Below are positions 10,730-21,622 of a stretch of 64,000 nt of DNA, one piece after another; within the stretch, counting starts at the first letter, position 1, and the number at the start of each line of letters is the position of its first letter. Below the pieces are notes generated by a model. The model was not told the origin of the DNA. It saw only the letters and a program-made list of their open reading frames with translations, and did not search any database. Source of the DNA: Gemmatimonadota bacterium (lineage in GTDB: Bacteria > Gemmatimonadota > Gemmatimonadetes > Palauibacterales > Palauibacteraceae); contig OZ220691.1 in the NCBI GenBank assembly GCA_965116475.1, positions 2,400,001 through 2,464,000 on the forward strand. The letters run 5' to 3'. Position numbers and translations under genes: made by a program.

Positions 10730-11817
10730 CTCGAATCTCCCGTGGTCTCGGCGTCGTTCGGGTCCGTGTCCGCCGGACCCGCTATGCGCGTCAGGGCCTC
10801 CCACGGGTCGCCGGTTGCGGCCTCCCGCATCAGCGCTTCGAGGGAGGGCACCAGGGCGCCGTGCGACTCGTACACGCGCTCGAAGTCATCCAGCCTCGTG
10901 TAGTAGAGGAGGCGCGAGATGATCCACGCGTTGTCGAGACCGTCCGGGTCGATCGCGCCGTACCGCGCGTGCAGCCGCGGTATGTACTCCGTCTCGAAGC
11001 GTTGGGCCGCCGCCTCGAACACCTCGCGCTTGGCCGCCCGCTTCGCGTCGTCCGGCATGGAGGAGTCGTACACCTCCTCCAGCGGCGCGAGGATGGAATG
11101 GAAGAAGTGGCCGAATACGCGGGTGTCCTCCCACCTCCACTGGGCCCGCACGCAGGCGCTCTCATCCGCCACCGCCTCGCAGAAGAACTCGATCGCGCCG
11201 CGGTGCCCGACGAAGTTCGCGAAGCTCTCGTTGAAATCCGCCTGGCCGGTAGGAAAGTACGTGCTGTGCGTGATCTCGTGGATCACCGTCTCGACGAGCC
11301 CGAGGCTGTCGAGGCGCAGCGTCGTCGACATGATGGGGTCGGGGAACCAGCCCAGCGTCGAGAAGGCGGAGACGGGCCGGACCGAGACGTCGTAGCCTTC
11401 CTCGGCCAGGCTGGCGGCCTCCGCGCGGGCGTCGTCGAAGTCGAAGTATCCCTTGTAGGGGAGATGGCCGACGATGGGGAACCACCATGTCTTCCAGCGC
11501 AGCGCGAACTCGGGTGCGGCGAGCACGTTCAGGACCAGCGTGTCGCGGTGCAGTTGAGTGAACGACTCGTAGCTCGCCCCCGCGCGCAGCCCCAGGTCGC
11601 GTTCCGCGAAGTCTCTCGCATCGAGCACGAGCCGCAACTTGTCGCGCGTCTCGCGGGCCACGGTCGTGTCGTGGATCACGGCCCGGATGGGGCGGCGCGC
11701 CGAGAGAATGCGGGCCTCCTCCCAGCCGGCGCGCAGGACGTACGCCGGCGAGCAGCCGCCCGCGCCCAGCAGGAGCAGCAGGAGCGCCATTCTCCAGCGC
11801 GCGGGGCTCACGCGCAC
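10726..11817 (-). CDS. Putative zinc aminopeptidase lipoprotein
   Basis: Lipobox GAGGC; WWFPIVG-LPYKGYF, AFSTLGWFPDP, HEITH, FNESFANFVG. Confidence 0.88.
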   Translation of the reverse strand: MRVSPARWRMALLLLLLGAGGCSPAYVLRAGWEEARILSARRPIRAVIHDTTVARETRDKLRLVLDARDFAERDLGLRAGASYESFTQLHRDTLVLNVLAAPEFALRWKTWWFPIVGHLPYKGYFDFDDARAEAASLAEEGYDVSVRPVSAFSTLGWFPDPIMSTTLRLDSLGLVETVIHEITHSTYFPTGQADFNESFANFVGHRGAIEFFCEAVADESACVRAQWRWEDTRVFGHFFHSILAPLEEVYDSSMPDDAKRAAKREVFEAAAQRFETEYIPRLHARYGAIDPDGLDNAWIISRLLYYTRLDDFERVYESHGALVPSLEALMREAATGDPWEALTRIAGPADTDPNDAETTGDSR

Positions 11818-12923
11818 CTCACGTAGTGGAGGTGTTCCCGCACGTCGTCGCGCAGGTAGTTCCGCCCGGGGCCGTCGGCGTCGCTCCGGTAGCGGCGGTA
11901 GGGCCGGTGGTGGAACGCGTAGGTGTCGGGCAGGCCGCGTTCGCGCAGCGCCTCCTCGATCGCGGTGCGGTCCAGGTGCCCCTCGTCATTGTAGCTGAAC
12001 AGGATGTGGCGTCCGTCCGCGGCTTCCAGCACCTCCCGCAGCGCGTCCGGAGCGCGGTGCTTCCGGCACCAGTCCGAGCGCTGCGCCTCGTCGGGGATGA
12101 GTCCCGTCTTCCCCCGGATCTCCGGCGGCGTGGCCCAGCCGAGCGCGAGGAGTTCGGGGATGTGATAATACGCGGGATATTGCCGGCCGTTGTAAGGGGG
12201 GTCGAGATAGACGAGATCGACGGGACCGATGGATTCCAGGAGGCGGGCGGCGGGTCCGCGAAACGCGCTGCAGGCGCCGGCTCCTTCCCGGCGCGGGGTC
12301 GGATCGATGGGGCGAAGTTCGAGCGGGCGCAGGGCGTTCGGCTGCATGGTTTTTACGAAGGAGGCGTACACGCCCGTTGTGTTCGCCACGCGGTCGGCGG
12401 CCTCGATGAGCGTCGCGATCAGGAGCTGCGCCGCGGCTTCGCTGTGGGAGGATCCGCGCGTCCAGCGGTCGATCCGCGTCCGGACCCGGTCGATCTTCCG
12501 GCCGTTCTCGGGGGAGAAGTACATGCGCCCGTGCGCCCGCCCCGCGGTTCCGTCGCTCGTGTAGTGCTCGGAGATGAAGCCGCGGCGGCCCGGGCCATCG
12601 AGGGCGGCCGGCTCATCGAGTTCGGCCAGCCCTTCGAGCAGGGTGTGGTAGCCGACCTCCCGCTTCCCGTTGCGGGCCGCCGCCGGGAGGAGCGAGGCCG
12701 GATAGCGCGGGGGCGCGTCGAGTTGGATCCGCGCGACCTGGAGGGCGTAGGAGGACGCCATCAGGTCGCCCGCATGGACCTGCCAGCCCTTCTCCTTGAG
12801 CGCCGCCGACACGCTGGCGGTGCCGGCGAACGGGTCGCATGCGACGCCGGGCGCCGCCTGGAACCGGTTTACGGTCTCCAGCAGGAAGGGGACGAGCTTC
12901 GTTTTGTTCCCGAGATAGCGCAC
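11808..12923 (-). CDS. DNA adenine methyltransferase (D12/Dam-like class)
   Basis: MRYLGNKTKL, DPFAGTASV (SAM binding), VYLDPPYN (catalytic), ILFSYN. Confidence 0.92.
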   Translation of the reverse strand: MRYLGNKTKLVPFLLETVNRFQAAPGVACDPFAGTASVSAALKEKGWQVHAGDLMASSYALQVARIQLDAPPRYPASLLPAAARNGKREVGYHTLLEGLAELDEPAALDGPGRRGFISEHYTSDGTAGRAHGRMYFSPENGRKIDRVRTRIDRWTRGSSHSEAAAQLLIATLIEAADRVANTTGVYASFVKTMQPNALRPLELRPIDPTPRREGAGACSAFRGPAARLLESIGPVDLVYLDPPYNGRQYPAYYHIPELLALGWATPPEIRGKTGLIPDEAQRSDWCRKHRAPDALREVLEAADGRHILFSYNDEGHLDRTAIEEALRERGLPDTYAFHHRPYRRYRSDADGPGRNYLRDDVREHLHYVRCA

Positions 12924-12973
12924 GCGGGAGAATATGGAGACGGGATGCGGGCGAAAAGCTCCGGGCCGCGGCC

Positions 12974-14305
12974 GTGAACGCCGGGGCGCGGCTCACGGAG
13001 GCGGCCGCCGGCGTCGCGCTCGCGGCGGCGCCCCTGCTCCGGCGCGCCCGGCCGGACATCGCGCGGGCGGTGGCAGCGCGGCGGCGCGCCACGGCGGAGT
13101 TGGCCGCGTGGGGACGGGGCCGGGAGCCCGGGCCGCTCGTGTGGCTCCACGGCGCTTCCGCCGGCGAACTGCTCGGCGCCGCGCCGGCCATCCGGGATCT
13201 GCGCGGCGCACGGTCCGGCTCGCCCGCCGGCGCGCGGGCGCAGCTCGTCGTCACGCACGGCTCGCCATCGGGTCGGGCGGCGCTCGCGTGGCTGGATCCG
13301 GACCATGCGGGCCCGCCGCCGCTCGACCGCGCGCGCGACTGCGATGCAGCGCTCGCCGCCCTGCGGCCCGGCCTGCTCGTGTTCGCGAAGCTGGACGTGT
13401 GGCCCGGACTCGTGGCCGCGGCCGCGCGGGCCGGGGTGCCGACCGCGCTCATCAACGGCACCGTCCGCGACGGGAGCCGACGCTCCGGCCCCCTCGCCCG
13501 TCGGCTCTTCCGCGCCTCGTACGCGCGGCTGGATGCGGCCGGCGCCGCGAGCCCGGAGGATGCGCGGCGGCTCGAAGTGCTTGGCGTCCGGCCGGAGGCG
13601 CTGGCCGTGACGGGGGACGCGGCGTTCGACCTGGCGCTCGAACGGGCGGACCGCGCGCGCGCCGACGGGTCGGCCGCGTCTTTCCGCGCGGCGCTCGGGA
13701 CAGCAGGCGGGACGGCAGCCGGAACGGCCGTGCGGCTCGTGGCCGGCTCTACGTGGCCCGCCGACGAGCACGCGTTGCTCGATGCCGTGGCGGCCGTGCG
13801 GCGGGGCGGCGGCCCGGGTTGGCAGATCGTGATCGCGCCGCACGAGCCGACCGCCGCGCACGTCGACGCCCTCGTCGCGTCGTGCGCGGCCCGCGGGGAA
13901 CGCGTCATCCGCTGGAGCGAGATCGGCGCTGCCGCCGCGGAGCCCGGCGCCTCCGTCATCGTCTTCGACGAGGTCGGCCGACTCGCGGAGTTGTACGCGG
14001 CGGGCGACGTGGCCTACGTGGGCGGCGGCCTCGGGGGCACCGGGCTCCACAACGTCCTCGAGCCCGCCGCGGCCGGGTTGCCCGTCGTCTTCGGCCCGCG
14101 TCACGACCGCGCCGACGCCCGCGGCCTCGCGTCGGCGGGCGGCGGGCTCGTCTCCCCGGCCGGCGCGCTCGCGGACACCCTGACCGGGCTGGCCCGCCCG
14201 CCTCGCCGCCGGCGCCACGCCCGGGCCGCCCGCGCGTTCGTCGAGGCGGGCGCCGGCGCCGCCGCCCGCACGGCGGATCTCCTGCGCCCCCTCTGGCCCT
14301 CCTGA
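12974..14305 (+). CDS. waaA: 3-deoxy-D-manno-octulosonic acid (Kdo) transferase
   Basis: WLHGASAGE, VAGSTWPADE, IAPHEP, AYVGGG, HNVLEPAAAGLPVVFGP. Confidence 0.88.
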   Translation: MNAGARLTEAAAGVALAAAPLLRRARPDIARAVAARRRATAELAAWGRGREPGPLVWLHGASAGELLGAAPAIRDLRGARSGSPAGARAQLVVTHGSPSGRAALAWLDPDHAGPPPLDRARDCDAALAALRPGLLVFAKLDVWPGLVAAAARAGVPTALINGTVRDGSRRSGPLARRLFRASYARLDAAGAASPEDARRLEVLGVRPEALAVTGDAAFDLALERADRARADGSAASFRAALGTAGGTAAGTAVRLVAGSTWPADEHALLDAVAAVRRGGGPGWQIVIAPHEPTAAHVDALVASCAARGERVIRWSEIGAAAAEPGASVIVFDEVGRLAELYAAGDVAYVGGGLGGTGLHNVLEPAAAGLPVVFGPRHDRADARGLASAGGGLVSPAGALADTLTGLARPPRRRRHARAARAFVEAGAGAAARTADLLRPLWPS

Positions 14306-14315
14306 CCCGCGGCTG

Positions 14316-14534
14316 CTAGCGCCTCTCCGCCCAGGGCTTGGGGCCGAACACGAACCAGAGCACGCTGCCGACGATGGGACAGAGGAAGATCACCGCGACC
14401 CACAGCACCTTCTCTCGCCTCGGCGCCGTGGAAAGCGCGGTGAGGCCGCTCGCCCAGAGGTTCAGGACCGCAAGGAGGGCCAGGAGCACGAGGCGCGGGT
14501 CCAGCCCCGCCGCCCAGTCCAGCGCCGCGTTCAT
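14316..14534 (-). CDS. Small membrane protein, PLDc N-terminal domain type
   Basis: EKVLWVAVIFLCPIVGSVLWFVFGP; overlaps the ABC gene stop by 4 nt. Confidence 0.85.
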   Translation of the reverse strand: MNAALDWAAGLDPRLVLLALLAVLNLWASGLTALSTAPRREKVLWVAVIFLCPIVGSVLWFVFGPKPWAERR

Positions 14535-16423
14535 GCGGCGGCCGTCGGCTTCTGGAACTGGAGGCGGTGGAGCTGCGCGTAGAGGCCGCCGCTCTCGAGC
14601 AGCGTGTCGTGCGTGCCGGACTCGCTGATGCGTCCGTGGTGGAGCACGAGGATGCGGTCGGCCCCCTGGATGGTGGAGAGCCGGTGGGCGATGACGAGGC
14701 TCGTCCGTCCCTCCATCAGGCGCTCCAGCGCTGCCTGGATCTCCGCCTCGATCTCCGAGTCCACCGAACTCGTCGCCTCGTCGAGCAGCAGGATGGGCGG
14801 GTCCCCCGCGAGCGCGCGGGCGAAGGACACCAGCTGGCGCTCACCGACCGACAGGTTCCCGCCCCGCTCGCTAAGCGGCTCGTCGTACTTCTTCGGCAGC
14901 CGCGCAAGGTGCCGGTCGACCCCGACCTGACGGGCCGCCTCGCGGATCTCGTCCCGTCCCACCGCCCCGCGGTCGAGCGCGATGTTGTCCGCGGCGGAGC
15001 CCGAGAAGAGGTAGACGTCCTGCAGCACGAGGCCCATCCGGTGGCGGAGGTCGGCGAGCCGGAGGTCCCGGATGTCGACCCCGTCGAGCGTGATGCGCCC
15101 GCGCTGCGGCTCGTAGAAGCGCATGAGGAGGCTGAACAGCGTCGTCTTGCCCGCGCCGGTCGCTCCGACGACCGCGAGCCGCTGACCCGGCTCCGCCGTG
15201 AAGCTGATGCCGCGCAGCACCCAGCCGTCGTCCGGCGCGTCCTCGTCGAGCCGCCCCTCCGCCCCTTCCCAGGCCGCGGCGTGGGCCAGGGCGGGCGTCG
15301 TGACCCCCGCCGCGTCCTCCTCCGGCGACAGGTACCGGAACCAGACATCCTCGAACTCGATGCGGCCCTTCACGCGCGCCGGAAGATCCGTCGGATCCTT
15401 GGGGTCCTCGATCCCCGGCGCTTCGTCCAGGAGCCGGAAGATCCGCTCCGAACTCGCCATCGCGCCCTGCAGGATGTTGTACTTCTCCGACAGGTCCTGG
15501 ATGGGGCGGAAGAACCGCCTCGCGTACTGCAGGAAGGCCGCGATGACCCCGATCGTGAGCGTCCCCTCGAGGGCCTGGTTGCCTCCGTACCAGATGATGA
15601 GCGCGAGCGCGACCGACGCGAGCACCTCGACGACGGGAAAGAAGAGCGCGTAGTACGTGATCGAGCGCAGGTGGGCCTCGAGGTGGTCATCGTTGATCTC
15701 GCCGAACCAGCGCGTCGCCGCCCGCTCCTGCCGGAACAACTGCACGACGCGCACCCCCGTGATCCGCTCCTGCAGGAAGGCGTTGATGCGCGCGAGCCGG
15801 ATCCTGATGTCGCGGTACGCCTCGCGCACCTTCTTCCGGAAGAGCCACGCGGCCAGGAACACGAGGGGGAGGACCGCGAACGTCACGAGGGCGAGCCGCC
15901 AGTCCATGACGAGCATGGCGATCATGATGAAGGCGACCGTGAACACGTCCCCGAAGATCGTCACCACGCCGGAGGTGAACATCTCGTTCAGGACCTCGAC
16001 ATCGCTCGTGAGCCGCGTCATCAGGCGTCCGACCGGGTTGCGGTCGAAGTACGCGAGCCGCAGGCGCTGCAGGTGCCGGAAGATCTCCTGCCTCAGGTCG
16101 ACCATCACGTTCTGCCCGATCCACGTGGTCAGGATCGTGCGCCCGTACTCCAGCAGTCCGGAGAGGAGGAGCGAGACGAAGAAGAGGATCGCGAGGGTGC
16201 GGATGGCGCCGAAGTCGCCATCCGGGATCGCGTGGTCGATGACCTCCATCGTCAGCCACGGGCCGATGAGCGCGAGGCCCGAGGCGGCCACGAGCATCAG
16301 CACGGCGAGCGCGACCCGGCCCCGGTACGGTCTCAGGTAGGCGAGCAGACGCTTCATGAGACGGGCGTCGTACGCCTTTCCGAGCGCTTCTTCTTCCTGG
16401 AGGGGACCGTCCGGCGCTTGCAT
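14531..16423 (-). CDS. ABC transporter permease/ATP-binding fusion (MsbA/MdlB-like exporter)
   Basis: N-terminal TMD, GATGAGKTT, LSVGERQL, LLLDEATS, IAHRLSTI. Confidence 0.95.
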   Translation of the reverse strand: MQAPDGPLQEEEALGKAYDARLMKRLLAYLRPYRGRVALAVLMLVAASGLALIGPWLTMEVIDHAIPDGDFGAIRTLAILFFVSLLLSGLLEYGRTILTTWIGQNVMVDLRQEIFRHLQRLRLAYFDRNPVGRLMTRLTSDVEVLNEMFTSGVVTIFGDVFTVAFIMIAMLVMDWRLALVTFAVLPLVFLAAWLFRKKVREAYRDIRIRLARINAFLQERITGVRVVQLFRQERAATRWFGEINDDHLEAHLRSITYYALFFPVVEVLASVALALIIWYGGNQALEGTLTIGVIAAFLQYARRFFRPIQDLSEKYNILQGAMASSERIFRLLDEAPGIEDPKDPTDLPARVKGRIEFEDVWFRYLSPEEDAAGVTTPALAHAAAWEGAEGRLDEDAPDDGWVLRGISFTAEPGQRLAVVGATGAGKTTLFSLLMRFYEPQRGRITLDGVDIRDLRLADLRHRMGLVLQDVYLFSGSAADNIALDRGAVGRDEIREAARQVGVDRHLARLPKKYDEPLSERGGNLSVGERQLVSFARALAGDPPILLLDEATSSVDSEIEAEIQAALERLMEGRTSLVIAHRLSTIQGADRILVLHHGRISESGTHDTLLESGGLYAQLHRLQFQKPTAAA

Positions 16424-16498
16424 GCCCCATAGTACGAACTCGCCGCGCCCGGTCCAATCAGGTTGGCGCGCCCCGTCGCCGCCGGCCATCATGCTTCC

Positions 16499-19453
16499 AT
16501 GAGCGACCGGATCCGGGTCCGAGGCGCCCGGCAGCACAACCTCAAGGGCATCGATGTCGACATCGAGCGCGGGGCCCTCACCGTCCTCACGGGGCCTTCC
16601 GGCTCGGGAAAGTCCAGCCTCGCCTTCGACACGATCTACGCCGAGGGACAGCGGCGGTACATCGAGTCGCTGTCCACCTACGCCAAGCAGTTCCTCGAGC
16701 GCATGCCGAAGCCCGCCGTCGATCTCGTCGAGGGCGTGAGCCCGTCCGTCGCGATCGACCAGAGCAACCGCGTGCAGTCGAGCCGCTCCACCGTCGGCAC
16801 GATCACGGAGGTCTACGACTACCTGAGGCTCCTGTGGGCGCGGGTGGGGACGACCGTGTGTCCGGAGTGCGGGCGTGCCGTCGTGCCGGACACCGTGACG
16901 TCGGCCACCGACGCGCTGCTCGGTGCCGGCGCCGATGCCGGCCCCGAGGCGCGGCTCGCCATCGCCTTCCCCGTCCCCCCCGAGGAGCGCATGGACGGCG
17001 CGAGGGTGGTGCAGAACCTCCGGGCGCGGGGGTACGTCCGCCTCCTCGCCGACGGCCGCGAACTCTACCTGCCGGACATCGATCCGGACATCGATCCGGA
17101 CATCGATCCGGAGGCGGAGGAGGAGAAGGGCGGAGGGGACGACCTGCGCGCGTTGGCGGACGCGGGCGAAGCGCTCGTGATCGTGGACAGGGTCGCCTGC
17201 CGCGCCGAGGATCGCGAACGGATCGCGGATTCGCTCGCCGGCGCCTTCGCCGAGGGAAGAGGCGCCGCCGTCGCGCTCATCTGGCGACGCGGCGCCTCCA
17301 CCCCCGAGCGCCGCGACTTCGAAGAGGCCCATCGCTGCGGGGTCTGCGGCTCCGCGTTTCCGCGGCCCACCCCCCAGTTGTTCAGCTTCAACAGCCCCGC
17401 CGGAGCCTGCGACACCTGCACGGGCTTCGGCGCCGTGCTGGAGTACTCCCCCCAACTCATCGTTCCCGACCCGGCCCGTTCGCTGGACGAGGGGGCCCTC
17501 GATCCGTGGTCGAAGCCCCGCTACCGGCGCGAGCGCACGCGCCTGAGAGCGTTCGCCGCCGCTGCCGGGCTCGACGCGACCCTCCCGTGGGAGGCCCTCC
17601 CCCAGGAAGGCCGCGACGTCCTGTTGCACGGAGGGAGGTACGCGGAGGAACGCTTCCGGGGCGTGATTCCATTCCTCCGCTCGAAGGAGAAAAAGCGGTA
17701 CAAGGCATACATCCGCGTCTTTCTGCGCCAGTATCAGCTTCCCGAGCGGTGTTCCGGCTGCGACGGCCACCGCCTGAAGCCGGAAGCACTGAATGTGCGC
17801 GTCGGGGGGCGGCACATCGCCGAAGTCGCCCGCTGGACGGTGAAGGAGATCTCCGCCTGGCTCGCGGGCGGACTCGATCTCTCCGCCTTTCAGCGTGAGG
17901 TCGCGTCGACCATCCTCCGCGAACTCGAGCATCGGACCTCGTTTCTCGCGGAAGTCGGACTCGGGTACCTGACGCTGGACCGCCAGGCGCGGTCCCTCTC
18001 CGGGGGCGAGATGCAGAGAATTCGCCTCGCCAGCTGTCTCGGGAGCCGACTGGTCAGCACGCTCTACGTCCTCGACGAACCCACGATCGGCCTTCACCCG
18101 CACGACATCGACGCCTTCACCGGCGTCCTCGAGCGGCTCGCGAGCCGCGGGAATACCGTGCTCGTCGTCGAGCACGAGCCCGCGGTGCTGGAACGGGCCG
18201 ACCGCATCGTGGAACTCGGTCCCCGGGCCGGGGAGCAGGGCGGTGAGGTCGTGTTCGAGGGCGGCTGGAGCGACCTCCTCGCGGCGGAGACCGGCACCGG
18301 CCAGGCCCTCGCGCGACGGGCGGCCGCCGCCGGGCAGGGCGGCGCACGGCAGGGCGGTGCGTGGCAGGGCGGCCAACAGTCGGGTGGCGGCTCCCGACTC
18401 GCCCTGCGCGGCGCCCGCCTGCACAACGTACGGGGCGTGGACGTGGCGGTTCCGCTGGGGTCGCTCACGCTGGTCACCGGCGTCTCCGGCTCCGGCAAGT
18501 CGACGCTCATCCGCGGCGTGCTGTACCACGCCCTCGAGCGGGAGATCACGGACCGGTCCTCCGCCAAGCCGCACCTGGGCGAGCCCGCCGGCTCCTGGGA
18601 CCGGCTCGAAGGCGCGGAGCTCCTCGAGGACGTCGTGCTCGTCGACCAGCGGCCGATCGGCCGCACCCCGCGCTCGAACCCCGCGACCTACATCGGGGCC
18701 TTCACCCCGCTGAGGAACGCCTACGCCGCCCTCCCGGAAGCCCGCTCCCGCGGATACGAGCCGGGATATTTCTCCTTCAACCGTCCGGGCGGACGCTGCG
18801 AGCACTGCAAGGGCGCGGGGGAGGAGACGGTGGAGATGGTCTTCCTGGCCGACGTCTCCGTGCCCTGCGAGGCGTGCGGGGGCTCGCGCTACCGTCCGGA
18901 GGTGCTGGAGATCGGGATCCGCGGCCGCTCGATCCGCGACGCCCTCGACATGACCGTGGACGAGGCGATCCGCTTCTTCATCCGGCACGACCGCCTCGGC
19001 GCCCGGCTGTGGCAACTGCAGCGGGTGGGTCTCGGATACCTGCGGCTCGGCCAGCCGGCCACCACGCTCTCCGGCGGCGAGGCGCAGCGCCTCAAGATCG
19101 CCCGGGAACTCGCGCGCCGGGGAGGCGCGGGCCGCAGGCTGTACATCCTCGATGAGCCCACGGTGGGTCTCGGCGTGGCGGAAGTCGGCACGCTCGTCGC
19201 GGTGCTGCGCGAACTCGTGAAGGAAGGGCACGCCGTCGTCGTCGTCGAACACAACCTCGACGTGGTCGCGGAAGCCGACTGGGTCATCGACATGGGGCCC
19301 GGGCCCGCGGAGGACGGCGGCCGCATCGTGGCGGCGGGCCCGCCCACCGTCATCGCCGAGTCCGAAGCCTCGCTCACGGGCGCCTTCCTCCGCGCCCGGG
19401 CGGAGCGGCTGGCCGTCGATGGGGCGGTCGCCGCCGGCGCGGAATCGGCGTGA
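16499..19453 (+). CDS. uvrA: Excinuclease ABC subunit UvrA
   Basis: [31 protein letters not shown], zinc-finger CxxC motifs, two LSGGE signatures. Confidence 0.95.
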   Translation: MSDRIRVRGARQHNLKGIDVDIERGALTVLTGPSGSGKSSLAFDTIYAEGQRRYIESLSTYAKQFLERMPKPAVDLVEGVSPSVAIDQSNRVQSSRSTVGTITEVYDYLRLLWARVGTTVCPECGRAVVPDTVTSATDALLGAGADAGPEARLAIAFPVPPEERMDGARVVQNLRARGYVRLLADGRELYLPDIDPDIDPDIDPEAEEEKGGGDDLRALADAGEALVIVDRVACRAEDRERIADSLAGAFAEGRGAAVALIWRRGASTPERRDFEEAHRCGVCGSAFPRPTPQLFSFNSPAGACDTCTGFGAVLEYSPQLIVPDPARSLDEGALDPWSKPRYRRERTRLRAFAAAAGLDATLPWEALPQEGRDVLLHGGRYAEERFRGVIPFLRSKEKKRYKAYIRVFLRQYQLPERCSGCDGHRLKPEALNVRVGGRHIAEVARWTVKEISAWLAGGLDLSAFQREVASTILRELEHRTSFLAEVGLGYLTLDRQARSLSGGEMQRIRLASCLGSRLVSTLYVLDEPTIGLHPHDIDAFTGVLERLASRGNTVLVVEHEPAVLERADRIVELGPRAGEQGGEVVFEGGWSDLLAAETGTGQALARRAAAAGQGGARQGGAWQGGQQSGGGSRLALRGARLHNVRGVDVAVPLGSLTLVTGVSGSGKSTLIRGVLYHALEREITDRSSAKPHLGEPAGSWDRLEGAELLEDVVLVDQRPIGRTPRSNPATYIGAFTPLRNAYAALPEARSRGYEPGYFSFNRPGGRCEHCKGAGEETVEMVFLADVSVPCEACGGSRYRPEVLEIGIRGRSIRDALDMTVDEAIRFFIRHDRLGARLWQLQRVGLGYLRLGQPATTLSGGEAQRLKIARELARRGGAGRRLYILDEPTVGLGVAEVGTLVAVLRELVKEGHAVVVVEHNLDVVAEADWVIDMGPGPAEDGGRIVAAGPPTVIAESEASLTGAFLRARAERLAVDGAVAAGAESA
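17072..17112 (+). repeat. In-frame 12-bp tandem repeat (PDID x3) in uvrA
   Basis: ccggacatcgat x3 plus ccgga. Confidence 0.9.
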
Positions 19454-20508
19454 CCCAGGCCGGCGCGCCACGCGTCTCCATCCTTCTGCCGTGCCGGGAC
19501 GCCGAGCCGTTCCTGGGCGCGTGCATCGAGAGCCTCGCCGCCCAGTCCGAGCCGCGTTTCGAGGTGCTCGCGCTCGACGACGGTTCGGTGGACGGCACCG
19601 GGCCGCTGCTGCGGACGTGGGCGGCACGCGACTCCCGCGTCCGCCTCGTCGACCGCGACGGCTCGGGCATCGTCGCGGCGCTGCGCCGGTTGTCGGGCGG
19701 GGCGCGGTCGCCCCTCCTCGCCCGCATGGATGCCGACGACATCGCGCACCCCGGCCGCTTGGCCGCGCAACTCCGCCTCCTCGCCCGATGCCCCGGCATC
19801 GCCGCGTGTGGCACGGGCGTCCGCTACTTCCCGCGGCCCCGGCCCGGCTCGGGGTACCTCCGCTACGAAGGCTGGATCAACGAGCTCACCGAGCCCGCCG
19901 CCGTCGAGCGGGACCTGTTCGTCGAGTGTCCGATCGCCCACCCCACGCTGATGGTGCGGCGCGACGCCTTCGAGGCGGTCGGCGGCTATCGCGACGCCGG
20001 GGGACCGGAGGACTACGACCTCATCCTGCGGCTGTCCGCGGCGGGCCATCTCATGACGAACGTGCCGCGGATCCTCCACGAGTGGCGCCTGGGCCCGCAC
20101 CGGCTGTCCGAGCGGTCGGACCGCTACAGCCCCGACGCGTTCCGGCGCCTCAAGATCGCGCACCTCGCGAACGGCGGCATTCCGGCGGACCGGCCGCTCG
20201 TGATCTGGGGCGCCGGCAAGGTCGGCAAGGCCTTCGCGCGCGGCTGGCTTGAACGCGGGCTCGAACAGGGGGGCTCCGCGACTCGCGCCCGCCCGCTGGA
20301 GGCGTTCGTGGATCTGGACCCCCGCAAGATCGGGCAGAACATCCACGGCGCCGTCGTCCTCCGCCCCGAGGATCTCCCGGCGTTCGCCGCGCCCGCCCGC
20401 CCCTACATGCTCCTCGCGGTGGGCACCCCCGGCGCCCGCCGGGAGATCCGGGAGGCGCTGCAGGCCCTCGGGTTCCGGGAGATCGAGGACTACCGCGCCG
20501 TGGCCTAG
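19450..20508 (+). CDS. Glycosyltransferase family 2
   Basis: VSILLPCRD, DDGSVDGT, RMDADD, PEDYDL; C-terminal Rossmann-like WGAGKVG. Confidence 0.92.
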   Translation: MTQAGAPRVSILLPCRDAEPFLGACIESLAAQSEPRFEVLALDDGSVDGTGPLLRTWAARDSRVRLVDRDGSGIVAALRRLSGGARSPLLARMDADDIAHPGRLAAQLRLLARCPGIAACGTGVRYFPRPRPGSGYLRYEGWINELTEPAAVERDLFVECPIAHPTLMVRRDAFEAVGGYRDAGGPEDYDLILRLSAAGHLMTNVPRILHEWRLGPHRLSERSDRYSPDAFRRLKIAHLANGGIPADRPLVIWGAGKVGKAFARGWLERGLEQGGSATRARPLEAFVDLDPRKIGQNIHGAVVLRPEDLPAFAAPARPYMLLAVGTPGARREIREALQALGFREIEDYRAVA

Positions 20509-21596
20509 CCCGTGGCGAAACCCCGCTCATCCTCGAGCACTTCCCACGTCACGTCATCGAACTCGCGCAACAGGTCCGCGCCGTAGGCGGTAGACGGGGT
20601 CTGGAAGCCCGGCTTGAAGTCGCCGGCCAGCGCGCGCGCCGCGATCGCGACGGCCACCGTAGCGGTGAAGCTGTAGGGATCCGGCGTCCGAACGCGCGCC
20701 GCCGCCCGCCTCCCCTCCTGGTCCTCGATCTCCGCGACCAGGATCGCGTGCGCCGTCCGGCGCGCCGACTCGCTCGGCCCCTCCGGTCCGCGATCGAGCA
20801 GGCGGTTCAGCAGCGCCTGTCCCGTCCGCGTGGCCAGGAGCGGACCGAAGCCACGCAGGATCCGCGTGAGGCGTGTGAAGCTCCGGGTCGCCTGCAGGTA
20901 CGTCTCGATGTTCGGTATTCCCGTGGAATGGAAGGCCGTCGTTACGTCTCCCAGCACCCCGATGAGCGCGGCGTCAGGCGGGGGCCCGAAGTCGAACGCG
21001 TGACGCAGTTGACCCGGTCGCACCGTCGCGACCGCACCGTCGCGCCGAACCCGAAACTGGCCGATTGCCTGGGCGACCGTGCGCATGGTGCCGCGGGAGG
21101 CGCCGCTGCGGGCCGCGAGCCCCAGCCGCAGGGTGCGGCCGCCCGGATGCCGCGCGGCGAGATCCGCGATCAGGCAGTCGCTGGGCACGACATCGAACCC
21201 GACGCCCGGCAGGACCATGATGCCCGCCCCGGCGGCCTCCCCCCCGCGCGCCGCCAGCGCCTCGAACACGTCGATCTCCCCGGTGATGTCGAGATAGTGC
21301 GCGCCCGTCCTCAGGCAGGCGTCGTACATGGGAAGAGCCGTGCGCGAGAACGGCCCCGCGCAATGAAGAACGACCGAGACGTCCTCCAGCGTACCGGCAA
21401 GCGCAGCCGGGTCGTCCAGCCCGACGGCCCGGGTCTCCAGGCCATGCGCCACGGCGGCTGCCGACGCCAGCGCGGCGAGCTTCTCCGGATCCCGCCCGGC
21501 GACGACGGGCCGCAGTCCGGACCGAAGCGCCTCGGCGATCACGAGGCGCCCGGTGTATCCCGTGGCGCCGTAGACGAGCAGTTTCGATTCACGCAT
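20505..21596 (-). CDS. Saccharopine dehydrogenase-like NAD(P)-binding oxidoreductase
   Basis: YGATGYTG, HCAGPF, HYLDITGE, GFDVVPSD, GFQTPS. Confidence 0.9.
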   Translation of the reverse strand: MRESKLLVYGATGYTGRLVIAEALRSGLRPVVAGRDPEKLAALASAAAVAHGLETRAVGLDDPAALAGTLEDVSVVLHCAGPFSRTALPMYDACLRTGAHYLDITGEIDVFEALAARGGEAAGAGIMVLPGVGFDVVPSDCLIADLAARHPGGRTLRLGLAARSGASRGTMRTVAQAIGQFRVRRDGAVATVRPGQLRHAFDFGPPPDAALIGVLGDVTTAFHSTGIPNIETYLQATRSFTRLTRILRGFGPLLATRTGQALLNRLLDRGPEGPSESARRTAHAILVAEIEDQEGRRAAARVRTPDPYSFTATVAVAIAARALAGDFKPGFQTPSTAYGADLLREFDDVTWEVLEDERGFATG

Positions 21597-21622
21597 GTCC
21601 CCAACCTACGGAGCGATTCGCC

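Noticed and set aside
14531..19627. 1698-aa minus-strand ORF
   Set aside because: The first roughly 1070 aa are the stop-free antisense shadow of uvrA in high-GC DNA; only 14531-16423 is the ABC transporter.
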